From Methanococcus maripaludis (GTDB lineage: Archaea; AGJL01; Methanococci; Methanococcales; Methanococcaceae), in NCBI RefSeq assembly GCF_002945325.1, contig NZ_CP026606.1, positions 960,001-992,000 of the forward strand: a stretch of DNA of 32,000 bases, written 5' to 3'. A program made the translations under genes and the position numbers. Positions 9,785 to 16,897 of the stretch are shown piece by piece (within the stretch, counting starts at the first letter, position 1; each line of letters opens with the position of its first letter). Below the pieces are notes generated by a model, which saw only the letters and a list, made by a program, of their open reading frames with translations, was not told the origin of the DNA and made no database searches.

Positions 9785-10681
9785 ATGGATGCCAAAAAAT
9801 ACCTAGATCATGTATATCATGTTTTAATTGTACGAAATATTAAGATATTAAAAAAAACAGGTAGAAAACTTGATGAACGAGTTTTTATCGGAATATTATT
9901 GGTTATAACGATTTTACCAATATTGTTAAAAATATTTTTAGGTTTCACCTTAAAAACTACCTTGATTTTAACTTTTGTATATTTAGGATCCGTTCTTTCA
10001 CTCCCGACGATTATGTATGAATCTAAAATGGATAAATTCGACAAAAATATACCTAAAGCACTATACGTCATGGTTTTATCACTTGATTCCGGACGTTCTG
10101 TTGTTGAAGCAATTAATGAAGTTATAAGAAGTGGAATTCCTGAAGTGGACGTAGTTTTTTCAAAAATTGTTACATTAATGACTGAAAGAAAATTGAGTTT
10201 TGAAGATGCAATGATACTTGTTTCAAATTCTCTTGATTCAAAGATATTTAGACAGGTTGGAAGGTTAATCATTGAAAATAGAAAATATGGTGGAGAGCTT
10301 GCAGACACTCTGAAAAAACTTGCAAAAACACTTGACGACCTTCAAAATTTAAAATCCCAACTTCTAAGTGTCACTGCAAACGGTCTTGCAGTGGGCCTTA
10401 TAATTCTCTGTGGTGTGATTCCTGCAACTGCTGGTTTGATTGGGGGTTATTTAACAGTAATATCTCAGTTAGCACCAACAATGCCGTCAGTTGAAGCTTC
10501 ACAAATATCAAAAGCGATTGAAACGATACAGATGGGTTCTGGATTATTCGGGCTGTTTTTTGCAGTTCCATTATTTGGTTTAAAAGTAAATAGAATGATA
10601 ATTACGTGTGCGGTATGTATGACTTTTGCGATCGGCACATTTTATGCAGTATTGAGACTTACCGGACTGTTGTTTGCATAA
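9785..10681 (+). CDS. Type II secretion system F-domain platform protein (TadC/PilC-like), copy 2
   Basis: About 298 aa with the same TM-soluble-TM layout. The tracked start at 9773 is a TTG overlapping the upstream stop. The ATG at 9785, preceded by gagtga, is more plausible. Confidence 0.75.
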   Translation: MDAKKYLDHVYHVLIVRNIKILKKTGRKLDERVFIGILLVITILPILLKIFLGFTLKTTLILTFVYLGSVLSLPTIMYESKMDKFDKNIPKALYVMVLSLDSGRSVVEAINEVIRSGIPEVDVVFSKIVTLMTERKLSFEDAMILVSNSLDSKIFRQVGRLIIENRKYGGELADTLKKLAKTLDDLQNLKSQLLSVTANGLAVGLIILCGVIPATAGLIGGYLTVISQLAPTMPSVEASQISKAIETIQMGSGLFGLFFAVPLFGLKVNRMIITCAVCMTFAIGTFYAVLRLTGLLFA

Positions 10682-10707
10682 AAATCATTTGTTTTAATTA
10701 ATTTTAG

Positions 10708-11295
10708 TTAATTATCAATTAACTTATTTACTTCTAAATAAAGTGCATAAACATTATTTGAAACTTCATCATTTGTTCTTTTTTTAAATTTATCAATTAC
10801 AAAATCAATATCAACCCTCAAATCCCCGGAAATTAAGTTATCCGCATTTGCTATTACTTTTTCTTCCAATGTTTTTGGAATATAATCTTTTTTAGGCAAA
10901 TTCAAATCTTCTGCTTCTTTTCTAGAAATTCCTGCACCAATATGCCGTTCTGCAATTTTAGCGTATTTTTCATTAAAATTATTTTTCAATAATATTTCAG
11001 AACCAATTATCCCGTGATCTATATTGTGGCTTTTACTTCGCCCAATGTCGTGCAAAATAGCACCCAAAACAGCCGTATCTAAATCAAAATCATGTTTGTT
11101 ATTTAATAATTTGATTCCAAACTCATAAACATAATCAGCTACCGCAATGCTGTGTAGAACCACGTTTTTTTCACAACGTTCTGTTAAAAAAGTTAAATAT
11201 TCATTAAAATTAGGTATTTCTTGCATTTTTTTAAAATTAGAAAATTTTTCATATAAAGTAGCGTCGTTTAGAAGATCATTTAAAACAATATTCAT
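10708..11295 (-). CDS. HD-domain metal-dependent phosphohydrolase
   Basis: 195 aa with H...HDIGR (LHDIGRSKSH) and a later ERHIGAG motif. Confidence 0.85.
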   Translation of the reverse strand: MNIVLNDLLNDATLYEKFSNFKKMQEIPNFNEYLTFLTERCEKNVVLHSIAVADYVYEFGIKLLNNKHDFDLDTAVLGAILHDIGRSKSHNIDHGIIGSEILLKNNFNEKYAKIAERHIGAGISRKEAEDLNLPKKDYIPKTLEEKVIANADNLISGDLRVDIDFVIDKFKKRTNDEVSNNVYALYLEVNKLIDN

Positions 11296-11305
11296 AGATG
11301 CAACC

Positions 11306-11863
11306 TTAATAAGTAGAAAAAAGAGGGTTTTTATTAAATTCGTCCTCTAAATATTTAATTTGTTCTTTTAATAGTGAAATGTCCTTTTTATTATCGTATT
11401 CATACATCATCTCGCCACATTGGGGGCATCTAAATCCACTATCCATCGCATCTTCAAATGTAAATTTAATTTCACAGTCAGAACAGAAAAAAAACATGTT
11501 TGTTTCTTCCACATTTAGCTGTTCTTTTAAACCATTTAATACATTTTTCATTTTTTTAGCAACCAGTGCTGGCACTTTTTCAAGAGATGGTTTCCAGGTG
11601 TAAGTGTACCAGTTTGTTTCTTCGTCCTTTTCTCGATTATAATCTACAAGCCTTGCTTCGTATAATTTGTAGAGTATCCTTCTAATATTGTTTAATTTTA
11701 CATCCAACTGTCTTGAAATCTCGTCATCTGTTACTTCATTAGTATTGATAAGTACTGACAAAACATCAAAGCCAACAACGTCCTCATCCATTATTTCAAA
11801 AAGTACTTGTTGAATCAGGGGGTTTTCGAGCATTGTAAATATCTCATCTTTTGATAAATTCAT
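11306..11863 (-). CDS. tfe: Transcription factor E (TFE alpha)
   Basis: 185 aa with an N-terminal extended winged helix and a Zn ribbon, CSDC...CPQCG. Confidence 0.85.
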
Positions 11864-11866
11864 GTT

Positions 11867-12916
11867 TCATACACCTCTTAAAATACCGCACTCCATTTCT
11901 CTTACATCAGCCATGTTTCTTCCGATTATTGTAACGACTGGTTCTCCCTCTTCGATATAGGTTCCTTTTTGTGGGATATCCCTTAAAAATGGATTTTTAT
12001 CGATGGAATATGATGAACCTTTGTCTGAAAAAACTATTTTTTTAAAAAAACAGTCTTTTGGTTTTACGGGTTTATTTTCGAGAATTGCCTTTGAAAGATT
12101 GTATTTTGAAGATAATTCTATTGTTTCATAAGTTCCTAAAATCCTAGGATTTACTTCGATAATATATGGAATTCCATCTTTTAGCATGAAATCAATTCCA
12201 TTCATCCCTAAAAGATCCAGCGAAGCTATTATTTCTTCAAATTCCTGAATTGTTTCGTTTTTCAAGTTTAAAACATACGGGGATATGTTTCCTACATAAA
12301 TATTGTTATTTATCAATTGCTTGTTAAAACATAAAAAATTTGAACCGATAAATGAAGCACTGTATGATTCAGATTTGATACATTCCTGAACCAGTACAGG
12401 ATAGTTTATATCCAAATTATCCGTATTTTGAAAATCAATATTAGTTACACCAATTCCGCCGCTACCTGAAATAGGTTTTACTACTACAGACTTTAACTCC
12501 GATAAGCATTTTTCAAACTGGTATTTATTATTTACTAGGTATGTTACCGGCACATTAAAGCCTAAATTTTCCAATTTCTTTACAGTTTTATATTTATCAC
12601 TTATATTTTTAATTCTTTTTGGTGAGTTTCCAACAACGTCCCAGTTTGGAGTTTTTGAAGTTTTACTCTCAAATATTCCAGAACATACAAAAATATAATC
12701 AACCAAATCCACATATTCTTTTGAAAGATTTAATAATTCTTTTTCAGAATATTTATCTACCAAATGTCCGTGAAATTTGTCATTGATAGTATATTTTTTA
12801 TGATCTGCATTTAAATCCACAGGGTTATAGTGAGAAACTGAATAGACCTCAAAATTTAATTTTTTTAAAGAATTTACAACAGGGCGCGTACATGCCCCAA
12901 CAACGAGAGCTTTCAT
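11867..12916 (-). CDS. ATP-grasp family ligase of unknown substrate
   Basis: 349 aa with a glycine-rich loop (KPISGSGGIGV) and an EVNPR motif, typical of the ATP-grasp fold. It lies 3 bp upstream of tfe and 25 bp downstream of mptA. Confidence 0.7.
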   Translation of the reverse strand: MKALVVGACTRPVVNSLKKLNFEVYSVSHYNPVDLNADHKKYTINDKFHGHLVDKYSEKELLNLSKEYVDLVDYIFVCSGIFESKTSKTPNWDVVGNSPKRIKNISDKYKTVKKLENLGFNVPVTYLVNNKYQFEKCLSELKSVVVKPISGSGGIGVTNIDFQNTDNLDINYPVLVQECIKSESYSASFIGSNFLCFNKQLINNNIYVGNISPYVLNLKNETIQEFEEIIASLDLLGMNGIDFMLKDGIPYIIEVNPRILGTYETIELSSKYNLSKAILENKPVKPKDCFFKKIVFSDKGSSYSIDKNPFLRDIPQKGTYIEEGEPVVTIIGRNMADVREMECGILRGV

Positions 12917-12941
12917 AAAACCACTAAAAAATAAATTAAAG

Positions 12942-13892
12942 TTAATTTGTTAAAGTTTTAAGTTCGTCCCTTAGTTCCCTTATTGTAGAATTTCTTTCTG
13001 CAAAAGCATCGTGTCTGTGAATACTCTCTTTATTTACCTGCCTTACAAGAACTTGTGTGTCTTCAGGAAGATAATCAAAAACATCCACAACTCTTTTTAT
13101 CATCTCTCTTGCACAGTCTTCAACAAATTTTGGATTTTTGTGAGCTGCCTCTACAACAAAAGCTTCGTCACTTCTCTTCAAAAGTTCGTAAACTTCCCCA
13201 CTCATTGAATCTTTAATTATTTTGATTATTTTTGAAATTCCAACAGTATATCCATTTGGAACTTCTATCATAACCGTTCCAATTCCTCTTTGGTTGTGTG
13301 TTGCAATAGTAACTGAATCAAGAATTTTTTTAATGTCTTCATTTGAAAATCCTTTTTCAGTTAAACTAGCAACTGCATTTTCTTTTAACATGTTTTGTGC
13401 ACAGGGGCATGCCGTAATTCCAACGACTTCTGCACCAACCATCTTTTTTACATCTATTTTTCCATTGCTGTCTTTTACACCATATGCTCTTGCGATTATC
13501 TTTCCAATTTCCTGAGAATCTTTTTTTGTTACAGGGGATTTTTCTTCCATCATGTAATCGCTGTAAAGCATTACTTCGGCTCTTGTCGCATATTCGTGTT
13601 TTTCGAAGAGTTTCATAACTATTTCAACAGATAAATCTTCAACACCATAAATTTCCTTTTCTAAAAGTATGTTTTCAACTACTTCTTCGATTACTTCGGG
13701 GCTTCTTGACATATGAATTCCTTTTTGTGAACTTGGAAGATCCACAAAAACTTCGAAGGTGGGGAGAAGAACGATGTCTCTTTTATTTTTTCTTTTTAAT
13801 TTTACAAGTTTTTTTAGGTTTGTTACGCCAACCCGGGTTAATGAAACCTTAATATCAGGTTCTGTTGCCTGAACGTCATTGCATTGCATCAA
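12942..13892 (-). CDS. mptA: GTP cyclohydrolase MptA (archaeal FolE2/type IB family, methanopterin pathway)
   Basis: 316 aa with GIHMSRS and ITACPCAQ motifs characteristic of the FolE2/MptA family. Confidence 0.85.
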   Translation of the reverse strand: MMQCNDVQATEPDIKVSLTRVGVTNLKKLVKLKRKNKRDIVLLPTFEVFVDLPSSQKGIHMSRSPEVIEEVVENILLEKEIYGVEDLSVEIVMKLFEKHEYATRAEVMLYSDYMMEEKSPVTKKDSQEIGKIIARAYGVKDSNGKIDVKKMVGAEVVGITACPCAQNMLKENAVASLTEKGFSNEDIKKILDSVTIATHNQRGIGTVMIEVPNGYTVGISKIIKIIKDSMSGEVYELLKRSDEAFVVEAAHKNPKFVEDCAREMIKRVVDVFDYLPEDTQVLVRQVNKESIHRHDAFAERNSTIRELRDELKTLTN

Positions 13893-13909
13893 AAAACACC
13901 TGAAATAAT

Positions 13910-15136
13910 TTACGAAATATCTTCTTTTGTTATCAAAACGTCCTTTAATTCCTTGGATAAAGTGTAGTATACATTATATCCATCTCTTTCTTTATAAATA
14001 TACCCCATTTCATAAATATCTGAAAGGTGTGTTCCAATCGTTCCTGTTGAATTGTTTAAAATTCCTGAAAGTTCAGTTACAGTGGAGCTTCCACCAAGTT
14101 CAGCCATTGCTTTTATTATTTTAGACTGGGCGGGTGTTAAGTGGTTTAAAATCTGGTGTCCTACACTTATCCCGAGATTTTTCATTGCGTTTCTTGCAAT
14201 TTCGTCATCTATTTCATCTACACCATTTTTAAGTCCGAGAGAAACTGCTTCAGAACATGTCATTATAATTCTTCTTGGAATTCCGTCACATTCCTCAATT
14301 ATTTTCTCGATGCTCTGTTCTGAAAAAGGTTGATATCCTTTCGCACCAGTTATTTGTGAATCTTCGAGTCTTCTTTTTATAAGATCATATGCTTCTTCTT
14401 TTGTAAGAGGAGGCATATTTATGATTTTTGGAATTCTATCTCTTATTGCAGGGGATATTTTTGTCAAATCTTCAACCATTGTTGGAGGGCCTGCTAAAAA
14501 CGTTAAAATATCATCCTCATATAAGAATGAGTGGAAAAACTGTAAAAGTCCAAGACAGCTTCTTTTTGCAAACTGGTCTGCTTCATCAATTAATATAACG
14601 CAGAGTTTGTTTTCTTCTTTTACTTCGTTTAACAGATATTTTAAATCTCTTTCAATTTTTTCACGAGGGTAGTGAACAGGCGTTTTATCACTGTAATTGC
14701 TGAGTCTTTTATAAATCTCAATTATTTTTTGAGAATGTTTCATATAGTCAGATGAAAGAGTTCCATCTACTGAAAACAGATTATCTTTGATGATTCCATA
14801 CATTAATTGTATTAAAAACTGTCTTGCAGTGATTTGTGAGGCTTCTAATTCAACAACCCAATGATTGTGTCTTTTTGAAGCGTAATACAATATATTTAGT
14901 ATCGAACTTTTTCCAATTCCTTTTGTACCAACTATTGCAGCATTTGCAACACTACCATACTGTGCCGCACCCAAAATGTCCGCAATTTCAGAAAGTTCAG
15001 AAGTTCTTCCAACAAAAAATTTGGTGTTACCCCTAATTGGTTTTTCTGAAAATGGGTTCGTTTTTAATTTTAACCTGTTCATTGATTTTTTCGATATCGA
15101 TGATGCATTATGAATAAATTCAATTGGGTCTAACAT
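13910..15136 (-). CDS. Divergent Orc1/Cdc6-like AAA+ ATPase with a C-terminal winged helix
   Basis: 408 aa. Motifs seen:
- FVGRTSEL
- Walker A GTKGIGKSS
- Walker B VILIDEADQF
- IRDRI
- PPLTKEEAYDLIKRRLE
- CDGIPRRIIMTCSEA, in a GDARkA-like sensor-2 position
- a C-terminal wH, TVTELSGILNNSTGTIGTHLSDIYEMGYI

A ggaggg RBS is present, and a TATA-like box lies about 47 nt upstream of the ATG. Confidence 0.6.
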   Translation of the reverse strand: MLDPIEFIHNASSISKKSMNRLKLKTNPFSEKPIRGNTKFFVGRTSELSEIADILGAAQYGSVANAAIVGTKGIGKSSILNILYYASKRHNHWVVELEASQITARQFLIQLMYGIIKDNLFSVDGTLSSDYMKHSQKIIEIYKRLSNYSDKTPVHYPREKIERDLKYLLNEVKEENKLCVILIDEADQFAKRSCLGLLQFFHSFLYEDDILTFLAGPPTMVEDLTKISPAIRDRIPKIINMPPLTKEEAYDLIKRRLEDSQITGAKGYQPFSEQSIEKIIEECDGIPRRIIMTCSEAVSLGLKNGVDEIDDEIARNAMKNLGISVGHQILNHLTPAQSKIIKAMAELGGSSTVTELSGILNNSTGTIGTHLSDIYEMGYIYKERDGYNVYYTLSKELKDVLITKEDIS

Positions 15137-15250
15137 AAGCCATATCCCTCCAGTATGAAAATAGTCCGAAAAGTGTCTTAAAATATATAATGAATTATCT
15201 TTTTTATAAGTTTCGAAAAACCGAAAGTTTAAAACATCTAAAATAATAAT

Positions 15251-15292
15251 ATTGTGAATATAAGTTTAAAAATAAAATAAATTGTGAATATA
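15251..15292 (+). repeat. 42-bp unit A containing two ATTGTGAATATA 12-mers 30 bp apart
   Basis: The unit reads attgtgaatataaGtttaaaaataaaataaattgtgaatata. The 12-mers are at 15251-15262 and 15281-15292. Confidence 0.9.
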
Positions 15293-15436
15293 TTATTTTT
15301 TTGTGTATCTAATTAATATAAATCCTTATTTTTAATTAAAAATCATTTTAATAAAATCAGTATATTATATAAATATATCACAATAAATATAAAATTAATT
15401 TGAATTATGAAAAATAAGGTATTTTTGTAAATATTA

Positions 15437-15478
15437 ATTGTGAATATAACTTTAAAAATAAAATAAATTGTGAATATA
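15437..15478 (+). repeat. 42-bp unit B, 41/42 identical to unit A
   Basis: The unit reads attgtgaatataaCtttaaaaataaaataaattgtgaatata. The 12-mers are at 15437-15448 and 15467-15478. Confidence 0.9.
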
Positions 15479-15648
15479 ACAAGTAATATATATTAAAACA
15501 GATTATTATTAATAAAATTACAAATTAAATATAAAAAATCAAGATACTTAAAAAAAAGAGTTTAAATCATGATTAAACTGGTAAAATATAGTAATAAGAT
15601 TAATTTTTTAAATAATATAATATATGAACTGAAATAAGATTATAAAAT

Positions 15649-15660
15649 ATTGTGAATATA
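15649..15660 (+). repeat. Fifth perfect ATTGTGAATATA 12-mer, same orientation
   Basis: Exact match. An imperfect inverted copy (tatatcacaat, one base short) lies at 15374-15384. Confidence 0.85.
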
Positions 15661-15746
15661 AAAGTATTATAAAATTTAAACCATATTTAATTAATAAATT
15701 AGTATAATAAAAATAAATTTATAAGTTATTTAAAATTGGGGATTTT

Positions 15747-16268
15747 ATGGAAGCTATTTTAAAAAAACTAGTAAATACTAAAGAAAGAAAATTAATACTA
15801 ACTAAACTTTTGAAAGAACCAATGTGTTGTGAAGATCTTTCAAATGAATTGAATATATCAAAAGGACTTCCTGCACAATTTTTAAAATTATGCACTTCAT
15901 TAAATCTTGTTAAAAGGGAAAGGACCAGCCATAGAGTGTATTATTCGATAAATCCGGAAAATTATTTGAAAATATATAACGCAGTAGTAATTGAAGACCG
16001 GAAAATTGAAGAAAAAAAGAATTTAAAACACAGTTTAAAAAAAGACGAATTCCAAACCACCCTTTCTGTTGAAAATACTTCAAAAGATTATGATATTAAA
16101 AAAATAGACAATGGTTTTGGAGGAACTACATTTATTTTAAATGATAAAGATAGTTCTTTTGAAATATTCAAAACAAATGAAAATAACTACTGGTGTGTGG
16201 CTTGCCAGAGTGATAATTGTGAACATGTTTTGTACTTAAAAAAAGCGTATTCTAAAAAACGTAATTAA
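15747..16268 (+). CDS. Small winged-HTH protein with a C-terminal CxxC...CxH (SWIM-like) zinc finger
   Basis: 173 aa. The N-terminus is ArsR-like wHTH (CCEDLSNELNISKGLPAQFLKLCTSLNLVKRE). The C-terminus is WCVACQSDNCEHVLYLKKAY. A gggga RBS lies upstream. Confidence 0.7.
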   Translation: MEAILKKLVNTKERKLILTKLLKEPMCCEDLSNELNISKGLPAQFLKLCTSLNLVKRERTSHRVYYSINPENYLKIYNAVVIEDRKIEEKKNLKHSLKKDEFQTTLSVENTSKDYDIKKIDNGFGGTTFILNDKDSSFEIFKTNENNYWCVACQSDNCEHVLYLKKAYSKKRN

Positions 16269-16337
16269 TATTTTTCATTTTTTATACTGTTTATGTATTA
16301 TTTTATAGATTTAGAAAAGTATATTTTTTAGATTATC

Positions 16338-16366
16338 TTTTCGGGTTTTCGAGTTTCATGTATATA
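16338..16366 (+). repeat. Left arm of a 29-bp inverted repeat
   Basis: The arm reads ttttcgggttttcgagtttcatgtatata. It matches the reverse complement of 16671-16699 at 25 of 29 positions without gaps. Looser similarity extends to about 16398. Confidence 0.85.
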
Positions 16367-16670
16367 ACATGGTTTTGTTTTGAATTTGTTTTTTGAGATT
16401 TCTGGTTTTTTTATATATTTAACCATGCTTTTAATGGTTATATTATATATAATAATTATATAATGCTTTTTTATAATATATATCTATTAAAACCATTCTT
16501 TTTAGTATTTATTATATTATTTAACTTTATTTTTATAAAATAACTTTTTTTATTTATTATTATATTATTATATTAATTATATTTTATTATTATACATATA
16601 TAGGTTAAAAAAGTAAAATAAATGTATAATTAATTTTTTATAAACAAAAAAATCAAAAAGAGACACACCA
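16367..16670. other. Extremely AT-rich core between the inverted arms (candidate DNA-unwinding element)
   Basis: 304 bp. By hand count, 16441-16620 contains only about a dozen G/C in 180 bp. The plus strand is T-rich on the left flank and A-rich on the right flank. A 7-bp-stem hairpin lies at 16420-16440. Confidence 0.4.
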
Positions 16671-16699
16671 TATATACATCATACTCGAAACACCGAAAA
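16671..16699 (-). repeat. Right arm of the 29-bp inverted repeat
   Basis: The reverse complement reads ttttcggtgtttcgagtatgatgtatata. Looser similarity extends outward to about 16643. Confidence 0.85.
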
Positions 16700-16897
16700 A
16701 CAAAAAAAATCAAAAAACAAGTAAAAACCGAATTTAAAATATATGATAATCAAAAAATCAATAAAATAAAAGATATACAAAAATAGTCAAGTAATATTGT
16801 GGAAAATTAAAATAGACACATCTGTTTAATAATAAAAAACAAACAACAAGGTTTTGAAATATTATTAAAAAATATTAATTAAAACTCGGATCCAAAC

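Noticed and set aside
15240-15660. Possible CRISPR array, suggested by the repeated 12-mer and 42-bp units.
   Set aside because: The repeat is far too short at 12 bp. Spacing is irregular (30, 156, 30 and 182 bp). There is no leader or cas context, and the 'spacers' are low-complexity AT sequence that is partly duplicated.
16269-16897. A hidden protein-coding or structured RNA gene (such as SRP RNA) in the 629-bp gap.
   Set aside because: The six-frame track shows no ORF of 60 aa or more. The composition is too AT-rich for a stable structured RNA, and no conserved RNA motifs are recognisable.
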